Source: Candidatus Omnitrophota bacterium (GTDB lineage: Bacteria; Omnitrophota; Gorgyraeia; JAFGHF01). Taken from it: 48,950 bases of DNA. The DNA lies in contig CP070837.1 in NCBI GenBank assembly GCA_020341815.1, forward strand, positions 387,196 to 436,145. The letters are read 5' to 3'. Below are positions 17,204 through 26,300 of the stretch, one piece after another (within the stretch, counting starts at the first letter, position 1; each line of letters opens with the position of its first letter). The translations under genes were made by a program, and so were the position numbers. The notes beneath the pieces are model-generated. The model saw only the letters and a program-made list of their open reading frames with translations. It ran no database searches and was not told where the DNA came from.

Positions 17204-18278
17204 TCTCGGCGGTATAGGGATTTATGTGCTTTCGCAAGCCAAGGGTCTTGTCCAGAGGAACCACGAGGTTTTCGTGGCTTCTTCAGGTGGAGATTTGGTT
17301 GCTCTGCTTGAGTCTTTCGGGGTAGAGCACCTGCTTATCAATATAAAGACCAAATCGGCAGTAAGCCCGAAGATATTATTAACTCAGAGAAAAATAGCGC
17401 GAATAATTAAAGAAAAAAACATAGAAATAATTCATGCCCATACCCGTGTAACTCAGGTTTTGGCGCATCTGCTTTCTAAAAAAACGGGTGCGCCTTATGT
17501 AACTACCTGCCACGGTTTCTTCCGGCCGCATAGATTTAGGAAGATTTTGCCCTGCTGGGGAAAGCGCTCTATAGCCATAAGCGAGGCGGTAAGAGAGCAT
17601 CTGGTCAATGATTTGGGGGTAAAGAAGGAAGTGGTTACGGTTGTGCATAATGGTGTGGAGATAGAGAAGTTTTCTCCCGATAAGTTCAATCGGGCCCAAA
17701 AAGAGGAGTTCAGAAAAAATTATGGGCTGAAGGACACCGGGCCCGTAATCGGCACGGTTGCCAGATTTTCTTCTGTTAAAGGACAGCGTTATCTTATCCC
17801 GGCAATGAAAAGAATATTAGAGACTCATCCTGCGGCGCAGCTTTTATTAGTCGGTGAAGGTCCGGAGAAAAAAAGATTGCTTGATGAGGCCGAGGAATTA
17901 GAAATAGAAGATAAGGTCTTTTTCGGGCCTCCTGCCTTGGATACCTCTGTGCCTTTATCTATTATGGATGTGTTTGTTTTGCCTTCTCTTTTGGAGGGAT
18001 TAGGCCTGGCTATTATTGAGGCCCAGGCCATGGGCCTGCCCTGTGTTGCAACCGATGTGGGAGGCATCTATACCCTGGTTAAGGATGGAGTTAATGGTTT
18101 CCTGGTACATCCTAGGGAGCCGACTGCCTTGGCAGAGGCGATTCTAAAATTGCTGATAGATAAAGAACTGGCTCAAAAGTTCGGGCGAGAGGCAAGAATA
18201 CAGGCAACTGCAAGCTTTAACTTAAAACAGATGATCGATGGGATTGAAGAGGTTTACAAGGAAGTCTTAAAAAAATGA
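17172..18278 (+). CDS. GT4 family glycosyltransferase
   Basis: MKILLLTTHLNLGGIG start and LPSLLEGLGLAIIEAQAMGLPCVATDVGG (E-x7-E region). Start chosen at the second ATG; 17157 is also possible. Confidence 0.8.
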   Translation: MKILLLTTHLNLGGIGIYVLSQAKGLVQRNHEVFVASSGGDLVALLESFGVEHLLINIKTKSAVSPKILLTQRKIARIIKEKNIEIIHAHTRVTQVLAHLLSKKTGAPYVTTCHGFFRPHRFRKILPCWGKRSIAISEAVREHLVNDLGVKKEVVTVVHNGVEIEKFSPDKFNRAQKEEFRKNYGLKDTGPVIGTVARFSSVKGQRYLIPAMKRILETHPAAQLLLVGEGPEKKRLLDEAEELEIEDKVFFGPPALDTSVPLSIMDVFVLPSLLEGLGLAIIEAQAMGLPCVATDVGGIYTLVKDGVNGFLVHPREPTALAEAILKLLIDKELAQKFGREARIQATASFNLKQMIDGIEEVYKEVLKK

Positions 18279-19060
18279 AATTAAAAAAGGCGCTTTTAGG
18301 CGCGGGTTTAATAATACTTGTAAGCTTTGTTGCTTTCTATCTTTATCTCAAGCCTAAATATGTTGTGCCTATTTTGATGTATCATCATATCGATGGGAGG
18401 AGTAAAACTTCTTTAGTCAGTGTTTCTCCCCAAAACTTTCGCCGGCAGATGCGTTTTTTGTCCGAGCGTAATTATAATGTAATTTCTTTGGACAAATTCG
18501 TTCAAGACAAGCTTAATGGACAAGAATTTCCGCGAAATACGGTCGTGATAACCTTTGATGACGGCTATGGAGACAATTTTACCTTCGCCTACCCCGTTTT
18601 AAAGGAATATAATTTGCCGGCGACTATTTTTGTAATAACTGATTTTATTGACAAGGAAGGATATCTCACCTCCCGGCAAATCAAAGAGATGCTTTCTTCC
18701 GGCCCGATTACGATCGGTAGCCACACCTTATCCGAGGCTTTTTTGCCGGCAAAAAATACAGAAGAGCTTGAGCGGGAGATAGGCCTCTCTAAAAAATTGC
18801 TGGAGTCAAAGACTGGCGGAAGAGTGGATTTTCTTTGTTATCCTTTCGGTCATTTTACTCCCCAGGCCCAGGAAATTGTAAAAAGATATAATTATTTGGC
18901 CGCTTGCACGACAAATCGGGGGAAAGAGAATACCTACTTGAATGACGACCTCTTTGCCTTGAAGCGAATTAAGATTAAAGATAGCGCTAATCCGATTGTC
19001 CTATACGTAAAGCTTTCGGGATATTACAATTCTTTTAGAAGGGTAAGGAAGCCTTATTGA
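18275..19060 (+). CDS. Polysaccharide deacetylase (CE4/NodB homology domain), membrane-anchored
   Basis: N-terminal TM segment, then VVITFDDGYGDNF and the LPATIFV motif typical of NodB-type deacetylases. Confidence 0.8.
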   Translation: MKLKKALLGAGLIILVSFVAFYLYLKPKYVVPILMYHHIDGRSKTSLVSVSPQNFRRQMRFLSERNYNVISLDKFVQDKLNGQEFPRNTVVITFDDGYGDNFTFAYPVLKEYNLPATIFVITDFIDKEGYLTSRQIKEMLSSGPITIGSHTLSEAFLPAKNTEELEREIGLSKKLLESKTGGRVDFLCYPFGHFTPQAQEIVKRYNYLAACTTNRGKENTYLNDDLFALKRIKIKDSANPIVLYVKLSGYYNSFRRVRKPY

Positions 19061-20079
19061 AGATGGAAAGGATATTGATAGTAAACTTAAATTGGCGGGG
19101 GGATGTTTTATTTTCCACGCCTTTTATCCGGGCGCTTAGAGAAGCTTACCCTGAGAGCTTTCTTGCCACGCTATTGGTGAGACGTTGTGCGCCAATTGTT
19201 GAGAATAGTCCTCATCTGGATGAAGTTATCATATTCGATGAAGATAAAAACCATAAAGGCCTGATGGGTAAATTGAGATTAATCAGGCTGTTGCGCGCTA
19301 AGCATTTTGATACCGTCTTTCTTTTGCACCGTTCTTTTACGCGCACCTTGATTTGTTGGCTTTCCGGTATCCCTGAGCGGATAGGCTACTATACAAAAAA
19401 GAGGGCAAGACTGCTTACTAAGAGTATTATGCCTTCGAAGGATGAACCTCACAGGATAGAATATTTTTTAGATATTGCCAGATCCTGCGGGATAAAAGCG
19501 GAAAATAGCGGTTATGACTTTTTCGTGTCCAGAGAAGACAAAGATTATATCAAGGAACTTTTACACGAGGAAAAACTTCTTAAGGAAAGCGACTTTTTAG
19601 TGGTGATTAATCCGGGGGGCAACTGGGATCTTAAGCGCTGGCCAAAAGAAAACTTTTCTCAACTCGCCGATAGATTAATTAAGGAGTGCGATGCGAAAGT
19701 TATTATTACGGGTGCGCAAGATGACCTAAAGTTAGCACAGGATATAAAAGCCGGCATGAAAAATTCTCCCCTAATTTTATGCGGCAGGACAAGTCTGGGG
19801 CAGCTGGCGGCTTTAATGGCCAGGGTAAATCTGGTTATCTCCAATGATTCAGGGCCGATGCATATTGCCCTTAGCCAGAAGGCAAATGTAGTTTGTCTTT
19901 TTGGGCCTACCTCCAGTAAAATTACCGGTCCCTGCGGCAATGGAAATTATACGGTGCTTCAGAAAGATATAGGTTGCCAAGTTCCCTGCTATGAGCTTAA
20001 TTGTCCTGATAACCGCTGCATGAAGGCAATAGGGGTGGATGAAGTATTTCAGGCGGTCGAGAAAATCAAAAATGGATAA
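19057..20079 (+). CDS. GT9 family glycosyltransferase (heptosyltransferase-like)
   Basis: ILIVNLNWRGDVLFSTP, NDSGPMHIA and FGPTS motifs. TTG 19057 or ATG 19063 could be the start. Confidence 0.8.
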   Translation: MKMERILIVNLNWRGDVLFSTPFIRALREAYPESFLATLLVRRCAPIVENSPHLDEVIIFDEDKNHKGLMGKLRLIRLLRAKHFDTVFLLHRSFTRTLICWLSGIPERIGYYTKKRARLLTKSIMPSKDEPHRIEYFLDIARSCGIKAENSGYDFFVSREDKDYIKELLHEEKLLKESDFLVVINPGGNWDLKRWPKENFSQLADRLIKECDAKVIITGAQDDLKLAQDIKAGMKNSPLILCGRTSLGQLAALMARVNLVISNDSGPMHIALSQKANVVCLFGPTSSKITGPCGNGNYTVLQKDIGCQVPCYELNCPDNRCMKAIGVDEVFQAVEKIKNG

Positions 20080-21058
20080 AACAAAAGTTAAAAAAATTCT
20101 GGTGATTGGCTTAAGTAATATCGGAGATGCAATTTTGACTACTCCGGTTATAGAGGTGTTACGGGAAAACTTCCCTCAGGCGCAATTGGATCTATTAAGC
20201 AGCCAGCGGGCATCCGTTGTATTTAAAAGCGATATCCGTATCGATAAAAAGATCATTTATGATAAAAGTATCAGCTGGATAGAAAAACTGAAATTGATAA
20301 ATAGATTGAAACAAGACAGATATGATTTAGCGGTTGACCTGCGCCAGACGGCATTTAACATCTTTTTAGGGGCAAGATATCACACTTCAATTTTTGCCAG
20401 GGCACCAAAATCTTTAATGCATATGAAAGACAGGCATCTGTGGAAATTGAAATCTCTCGGCCTGGATATAAGCAATGTTATGAGTCCTTCCGTTATGTTT
20501 GGTAAGGATGAGCGCAATTATATTAACAATTTGTTCAATAGCTGGCAGATAAAAGAAGAAGATATTGTAATTGCCTTAAGCCCCGGTGCGCGCAATATGA
20601 CCAAGCGCTGGGAAAAAGAGGGGTACAGGCAGTTGGTTGAGCAGTTGATTAAAAACTATAACACTAAGATTATTATGTTGGGCGATGATGAGGATAGGGT
20701 TTTGGCACAGGAGATAGCTCGTCCTTTCAAGACCCTTGGGGTGTTTCAGGCCGCAGGCGTAACCACTATTTCGCAGCTGGCTCATCTTTTGACCAGGTGC
20801 AGATTACTTGTTTCAAATGATTCGGCTGTAATGCATCTGGGTTGGGCGGTGAACACTCCGGTAGTTGCTATATTCGGGCCGACAAGCCACGAGAAATACG
20901 CTCCCCAGGGAGCGCATGACATAGTGGTGCGTAAGGAGTTGGATTGTTCTCCCTGTGAGGAGTCTCTTTGTCCTGAGGGGCAGCGTCAGTGTATGAAGTC
21001 TATCAGCGCAGAAGAGGTGTTTTTAGCCTGCAGAAAGATATTAAATGGAAAGCGTTAA
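20072..21058 (+). CDS. GT9 family glycosyltransferase (heptosyltransferase-like)
   Basis: KILVIGLSNIGDAILTTP, NDSAVMHLG and FGPTS motifs. Start set at ATG 20072, an 8-nt overlap with the previous gene. Confidence 0.8.
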   Translation: MDKTKVKKILVIGLSNIGDAILTTPVIEVLRENFPQAQLDLLSSQRASVVFKSDIRIDKKIIYDKSISWIEKLKLINRLKQDRYDLAVDLRQTAFNIFLGARYHTSIFARAPKSLMHMKDRHLWKLKSLGLDISNVMSPSVMFGKDERNYINNLFNSWQIKEEDIVIALSPGARNMTKRWEKEGYRQLVEQLIKNYNTKIIMLGDDEDRVLAQEIARPFKTLGVFQAAGVTTISQLAHLLTRCRLLVSNDSAVMHLGWAVNTPVVAIFGPTSHEKYAPQGAHDIVVRKELDCSPCEESLCPEGQRQCMKSISAEEVFLACRKILNGKR

Positions 21059-22097
21059 GAGAATATTGATTACCCGCACCGACCGCATTGGAGACGTGCT
21101 TCTTTCTACGCCTGCGATTAAGGCATTGAGAAAAGCCTTTCCGCAAAGCCATATCGCCGTAATGGTAAGGCCTTATGCCCGGGATATAGTTTTAGGTAAC
21201 CCCTATTTAGATGAAGTAATTATTTATGATAAATATGGGGCGCAACGCTCATTTTGGAAGACTATAAAGTTTGCCCGGGATTTAAGAGCCAGGAGATTTG
21301 ACTTGGCGCTTGTGCTTCATCCTACCCGCCGTCAGCACCTGATAACCTTTTTAGCGGGAATAAAAAAGAGAGTCGGCTTTAACCTGAAATTGGGTTTTTT
21401 GCTTACGGATAAGCTTGAGCACAAAAAACAAGAAGGCAAGAGGCATGAGCTGGAATACACCCTGGATATAGTTCGCTCACTCGGCATTAAGGCGCAGGAT
21501 AAAGATTTATTTATGCCGATACGAAAAGACAGCGAGATGCATATAGAGAGGCTTCTGCAGGCAGAGAATATCAATAAAATGGTTGCCCTTCATCCGGGAG
21601 CAAGCTGTGCTTCCAAGCTCTGGCCGCTGGAGAGATTTGCCCGGGTAGCCGATGCGCTTATTGAAAGGTTTAATGTAAAAATAGTGGTTTTATCTTCCAA
21701 GGATGATATAGCCAGAGGAAAGAGGCTCTTAAGCCTTATACATCATGCTTGTATCGATGCCTGCGGCATGACTACGGTCAGTGAGCTGGCCAGTCTTTTA
21801 AGAAAGTGCTCTCTTTTAATCTGCAATGATTCAGGCCCTATGCACATTGCCGCAGCTCTCAAGATGCCGGTAATTGCTATCTTTGGCCGGGCCCAGGCCG
21901 GCTTAAGTCCCCGCCGCTGGGGTCCCCGCGGCAAGGATAATGTAGTTTTACATAAGGATGTGGGATGCTCTGAGTGCCTGGCCCATAATTGTCAAAAAGG
22001 TTTTGCCTGTCTTAGTGCCGTTTCCGTGCAGGAAGTAGTGGAAGCGGCAGTAAGGGCGTATAGCAATACACCTTTATATATTCAATTGACAGCCTAA
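21045..22097 (+). CDS. GT9 family glycosyltransferase (heptosyltransferase-like)
   Basis: ILITRTDRIGDVLLSTP, NDSGPMHIAAA and the IFG motif. Confidence 0.8.
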   Translation: MESVKRILITRTDRIGDVLLSTPAIKALRKAFPQSHIAVMVRPYARDIVLGNPYLDEVIIYDKYGAQRSFWKTIKFARDLRARRFDLALVLHPTRRQHLITFLAGIKKRVGFNLKLGFLLTDKLEHKKQEGKRHELEYTLDIVRSLGIKAQDKDLFMPIRKDSEMHIERLLQAENINKMVALHPGASCASKLWPLERFARVADALIERFNVKIVVLSSKDDIARGKRLLSLIHHACIDACGMTTVSELASLLRKCSLLICNDSGPMHIAAALKMPVIAIFGRAQAGLSPRRWGPRGKDNVVLHKDVGCSECLAHNCQKGFACLSAVSVQEVVEAAVRAYSNTPLYIQLTA

Positions 22098-22137
22098 TAG
22101 GTCACGTGTTAAAATAATGGTTCTGTGAGGTTACGAG

Positions 22138-23124
22138 ATGATGAATTGGAATAAAGCAGGACTAAAAAGGGTTGTTGCCGGTTTTAAGCGGGCAAAGATA
22201 CTGGTTATCGGGGACTTAATCTTGGATGAGTTTATCTGGGGTAAAGTCTCCCGCATCTCTCCGGAGGCCCCGGTTCCGGTAGTCTGGGTAAACTCCGAAT
22301 CCTTTATGCCGGGAGGGGCGGCAAATGCAGCCAATAATATTCATGCCTTAGGTGCTCAGGCCTATATCTGCGGGGTTATAGGGGGCGATGAGCGGGGCAG
22401 AGTTCTTACCGATGAATTACGCCGCAAGAATATCGATGTAGAAGGTATAGTTATTGATAATGAACGGCCCACCACCTTGAAGACCCGTGTAATCGCCCAT
22501 CATCAGCAAGTGGTGCGTATTGACCGGGAAAAAGTGGAGGAGATCGATGATAATATCATCAATCAGATGCTTACCTTTGCAAAAGAGAAAATCAACGAAG
22601 TCGACGCCGTACTTATTGAAGATTATGGCAAAGGAGCGGTAGTCTCTAGGCTCCTTCAGGAAGTTATTGCTCTGGCGCAAAAACATAAAAAAATTATCAC
22701 GGTTGACCCCAAAGAAAACCATTTTTCTTTTTACGAGAATGTTTCTTTGATTACCCCCAATCATTACGAGGCCGCCCGGGCAGTAGGCCGGGAAATAAAA
22801 AGCCAGGCGGATTTGGAGGAAATCGGCCGCAGCTTGCTTGCCAAACAGAAATGCCGTGCTGTATTGATTACTCTGGGAGAAGAAGGGATGTGCCTTTTTG
22901 AGGATAAGCGCCAGTCGGTGCATATTCCTACCGTAGCCCAGGAGGTATTTGATGTCTCAGGGGCCGGAGACACAGTAATCAGCGCAGCCTCCGTGGCTTT
23001 AGCCAGCGGCGCCTCGATGCTGGAGAGCGCATATATTTCCAATTATGCCGCCGGGATTGTAGTAGGGAAGGTAGGCGTAACAGTGGCCACGCAGGAAGAA
23101 TTATTGGAGGAATTGAGCAAATGA
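22138..23124 (+). CDS. hldA: D-glycero-beta-D-manno-heptose-7-phosphate kinase (RfaE domain I only, PfkB family)
   Basis: 328 aa with ILVIGDLILDEFIWG and DVSGAGDTV ribokinase-family motifs. No adenylyltransferase domain is fused. Confidence 0.8.
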   Translation: MMNWNKAGLKRVVAGFKRAKILVIGDLILDEFIWGKVSRISPEAPVPVVWVNSESFMPGGAANAANNIHALGAQAYICGVIGGDERGRVLTDELRRKNIDVEGIVIDNERPTTLKTRVIAHHQQVVRIDREKVEEIDDNIINQMLTFAKEKINEVDAVLIEDYGKGAVVSRLLQEVIALAQKHKKIITVDPKENHFSFYENVSLITPNHYEAARAVGREIKSQADLEEIGRSLLAKQKCRAVLITLGEEGMCLFEDKRQSVHIPTVAQEVFDVSGAGDTVISAASVALASGASMLESAYISNYAAGIVVGKVGVTVATQEELLEELSK

Positions 23125-23255
23125 ACCCCGCCCTTCCTAAACACTCCCATTGATAAGTCAAGGGCGAGGGTCAGGATGTTTAATCATATGGTTGATAGTT
23201 TAGCAAAAGTAAAGTCTAACCTTGGCATTGCGAAGAAAGGAAGGGCGGGGTGAAA
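23122..23255 (+). promoter_or_regulatory. Intercistronic stop-to-start RNA element, copy 1 (C-rich arm at the hldA stop, G-rich arm covering the kdsB SD and GTG)
   Basis: ACCCCGCCCTTCCT (23125-23138) is the exact reverse complement of AGGAAGGGCGGGGT (23238-23251). The end sequences are shared with 39492-39607. Confidence 0.5.
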
Positions 23256-24005
23256 GCTATAGGCGTAATTCCGGCAAGGTTTGCATCAACTCGTTTTCCG
23301 GGGAAGGTTCTGGCTGAGCTCAATGGGCGCCCTTTAATTCAGCATGTTTATGAAGAGGCCCTTAAGGCCAGCAGCCTGCAGGATCTTCTGGTTGCTACCG
23401 ATGAGGAAAAGGTGGTAAAGGCAGTGGAAGACTTTGGGGGCCAGGCTGTGCTTACGGCCAAGGAACACAGGTCCGGCACAGACCGCTTAAGAGAGGTAGT
23501 TAACTCAATTGATGCCAAGATAGTAGTGAATATCCAGGCGGATGAGCCCATGATTCATTTCTCGATGATCGATAGGCTGGTGAATTGCCTCTCGGAAGAT
23601 CCGCATGTTCCTATGGCTACGCTGATTCATAGAATTGAAGATGTACATGAGCTGGATAATCCCAATGTGGTGAAAGTAGTCAAAGACAAAAGCAATTTCG
23701 CTCTTTATTTTTCACGTTCTCTGATTCCGCATTCACACTTGCCTGTTTTTATCTCGCGCTCTTTATTTTTATATAAACACCTGGGGATTTATGCCTACAC
23801 CAAAGATTTCTTATTTACTTTTACTAATCTGCCGGTGAGGGAATTGGAGCGGGCGGAACAGCTGGAGCAATTGCGTGCCTTAGAGAACGGCTATAAAATA
23901 AAAGTTATCGAGACAGATATTAATACCATCGGAGTAGATACGCCCGAGGACTTGGAGAGGGTCAGGCAGAGGATGCAGCAAGATGAGGCAAACGCGAGAA
24001 GTTAA
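23250..24005 (+). CDS. kdsB: 3-deoxy-manno-octulosonate cytidylyltransferase (CMP-Kdo synthetase)
   Basis: GTG start. VIPARFASTRFPGK N-terminus and NIQADEP motif. Confidence 0.9.
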   Translation: MKAIGVIPARFASTRFPGKVLAELNGRPLIQHVYEEALKASSLQDLLVATDEEKVVKAVEDFGGQAVLTAKEHRSGTDRLREVVNSIDAKIVVNIQADEPMIHFSMIDRLVNCLSEDPHVPMATLIHRIEDVHELDNPNVVKVVKDKSNFALYFSRSLIPHSHLPVFISRSLFLYKHLGIYAYTKDFLFTFTNLPVRELERAEQLEQLRALENGYKIKVIETDINTIGVDTPEDLERVRQRMQQDEANARS

Positions 24006-24819
24006 AATAGGCAGGATAAAATTAAGCAATAAAGCGCCCTTGGCTCTCATTGCCGGACCGTGCGTGATTGAGGGTGAGAAGTTTTGCCTTGATTGCGCGC
24101 GCCAGTTAAAGAAGATTTCGCTTAAAATGGATGTGCCTTTTATATTCAAGGCCAGCTATGATAAAGCCAATCGCACATCCTTAAAATCTTTTCGCGGCCC
24201 GGGAATAAAAAGAGGCCTCGAGATTTTAAAGAAGATTAAGCAGGATTTGTCTTTACATGTGCTTAGCGATGTTCACTGCCGTACAGAGATGGATAAGGCC
24301 GCTTCTATTTTAGATGTAATTCAAATCCCGGCGTTCTTATCCCGTCAAACAGACCTGCTTTTGGCCGCAGCCAGAACAAAGCTGCCCTTAAACATAAAAA
24401 AGGCCCAGTTTTTAGCCCCGTGGGACGTAAAAAATGTTCTTGAGAAGGTTACCTCTGCCGGCAATAAAAATATAATCGTTACCGAGAGAGGAAGTCTGCT
24501 TGGTTACAACAATTTGGTCAGCGATATGCGCGCTCTTAAGATTTTAGGCGGGTATGGTTACCCGGTATTCTTTGATGCTACGCATAGCGTGCAACTGCCT
24601 GGCGGGGCGGGTGTCTCTTCCGGAGGACAGAGAGAGTTTGTTCCTGCTCTGGCTTGCGCCGCAGTTGCAGTTGGCTGCGCCGGACTTTTCCTGGAAGTTC
24701 ACCCTCATCCCGATAAGGCGCTTTCGGACGGGCCGAATATGATTACTTTTAGTGAATTGGAAAAACTATTGAAGCGTCTTAAACAGATTGATAAAATCAT
24801 AAAAAGTTCTAACTCATAG
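23983..24819 (+). CDS. kdsA: 2-dehydro-3-deoxyphosphooctonate aldolase (Kdo-8-P synthase)
   Basis: 278 aa. LIAGPCVIE, FKASYDKANR, IQIPAFLSRQTDLL and FDATHSVQ motifs. Confidence 0.95.
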   Translation: MRQTREVKIGRIKLSNKAPLALIAGPCVIEGEKFCLDCARQLKKISLKMDVPFIFKASYDKANRTSLKSFRGPGIKRGLEILKKIKQDLSLHVLSDVHCRTEMDKAASILDVIQIPAFLSRQTDLLLAAARTKLPLNIKKAQFLAPWDVKNVLEKVTSAGNKNIIVTERGSLLGYNNLVSDMRALKILGGYGYPVFFDATHSVQLPGGAGVSSGGQREFVPALACAAVAVGCAGLFLEVHPHPDKALSDGPNMITFSELEKLLKRLKQIDKIIKSSNS

Positions 24820-24828
24820 GTTAAGAAG

Positions 24829-25788
24829 ATGTCGATCGAACGGGCAAAAGAAGTTTTGAGAATTGAATCCGAAGCAATATCCAGTCTGACAAAACGGCTG
24901 GATCATAATTTCCAAAAAGCCGTGGATATGCTTTGCTCCTGTCGCGGGAGGATAGTGGTTACCGGTATGGGTAAAGGCGGGATAATTGGCCGAAAGATTT
25001 CGGCTACCCTTTCTTCTATCGGCAGCCCCAGTCTCTGGCTTCATCCGGCTGAGGCTATTCACGGCGATTTAGGGCGGGTAATAAGTGAAGATGTAGTTTT
25101 AGTCATTTCTAACAGCGGAGAAACAGAAGAAATCGTAAAACTCCTTCCAACTATTAAAAATATTGGGGCCAGCCTCATAGCTTTAACAGGAAATCTGAAA
25201 TCCGTCCTGGCCAAAAACAGCGATATTGTCCTGGACATAAGTGTAGAGGAAGAGGCTTGTCCCCTGGGCCTTGTTCCCACTGCCAGCACCACCGCAATGC
25301 TGGCTATGGGAGATGCCCTGGCAATTGCGGTGCTGGAGAAAAAGGGCCTTAAAAAAGAGGAGTTTGCCTTTTATCATCCCGGCGGGAATTTAGGAAGAAG
25401 GCTCCTGCTTAAGGTAAAAGATATAATGCGCAAAGATGAGGCTAGTCCCGTGGTCAAAGAGGATGTTTTGGTTAAGGATGCGCTCTTAGCCATTACCTCT
25501 GCGCGGGCCGGCAGCGTAAGCGTGATTAATAAAAAAGGCATTTTAACAGGCATTTTTACCGATGGAGACCTCAGGCGCCATCTGGAAAACGACCCCAATT
25601 TATCTATGCGCAAGATAGAAAAGGTAATGACTAAAAATCCTGCCGTAATTGAGGCTGAGAAATTGGCTGCTGAGGCCTTGACGATATTGCAAAGCAAAAA
25701 GATAGATGAGATTCCTGTTGTGGATGATGAAGGTCGGCCCGTAGGGCTTTTGGATGTACAGGACTTATTGAAGGCGGGCTTGGTATGA
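24829..25788 (+). CDS. kdsD: Arabinose-5-phosphate isomerase (SIS domain plus CBS pair)
   Basis: VVTGMGKGGIIGRKISATLSSIG SIS motif and a C-terminal tandem CBS pair. Confidence 0.9.
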   Translation: MSIERAKEVLRIESEAISSLTKRLDHNFQKAVDMLCSCRGRIVVTGMGKGGIIGRKISATLSSIGSPSLWLHPAEAIHGDLGRVISEDVVLVISNSGETEEIVKLLPTIKNIGASLIALTGNLKSVLAKNSDIVLDISVEEEACPLGLVPTASTTAMLAMGDALAIAVLEKKGLKKEEFAFYHPGGNLGRRLLLKVKDIMRKDEASPVVKEDVLVKDALLAITSARAGSVSVINKKGILTGIFTDGDLRRHLENDPNLSMRKIEKVMTKNPAVIEAEKLAAEALTILQSKKIDEIPVVDDEGRPVGLLDVQDLLKAGLV

Positions 25789-26300
25789 AAGAACGTGCTA
25801 AAAAAGTTAAGATGCTTATCCTGGACATCGATGGGGTGATGACCGACGGCCGGATTATCTATGACAGTCACGGCAACGAGCTGAAATGTTTTAATGTCTT
25901 AGACGGCATGGGCCTGGCACTTTTGGGTTATAGCAAAATAAAGGTTGCTCTGATTACCGCCAAGGCATCAAGAGCCGTCTTGAGACGAGCCCGGGATATC
26001 GGGGCAGTGGAAATTAAGCAGAATTCAATTGATAAGCTTACCGCATTTCGGCAGATTCTTAAGAAACATAAATTAAAACCCAAAGAGGTTTGTTTTATGG
26101 GTGATGACTTATTGGATTTGCCGGTACTCAGGCGCGCAGGCCTTGGCGTTACTGTGCCCGGCGCCTGCAGTGAGGTAAAAAGAGCGGCCCGTTATATAAC
26201 AAAGAGAGAAGGCGGCAAAGGTGCGGTCAGAGAAGTGATTGAGATTATTTTGCGCGCACAGGGGAAATGGCGCAAGCTCATTAGCGGATACTTAAAATAA
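25785..26300 (+). CDS. kdsC: Kdo-8-phosphate phosphatase (HAD superfamily)
   Basis: LILDIDGVMTDGRIIY motif I and FMGDDLLDLP motif. 171 aa. Confidence 0.9.
   Translation: MKERAKKVKMLILDIDGVMTDGRIIYDSHGNELKCFNVLDGMGLALLGYSKIKVALITAKASRAVLRRARDIGAVEIKQNSIDKLTAFRQILKKHKLKPKEVCFMGDDLLDLPVLRRAGLGVTVPGACSEVKRAARYITKREGGKGAVREVIEIILRAQGKWRKLISGYLK

Noticed and set aside
19978-20020. A conserved C-x2-C-x4-C-x4-6-C motif at the C-terminus of all four GT9 domains, considered as a possible novel metal site.
   Set aside because: It is shared by all paralogues and, as far as I recall, is a general feature of heptosyltransferase-family proteins. It was therefore treated as a family trait rather than a novelty. 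An alignment would be needed to confirm this.
23222-23240. A sigma54-like promoter, suggested by TTGGCATTGCG in the conserved right block of the intercistronic elements.
   Set aside because: The GG and GC dinucleotides are not at the required spacing (TGGCAC-N5-TTGC), and copy 2 has TTGGCATTAGG, which lacks the GC element.
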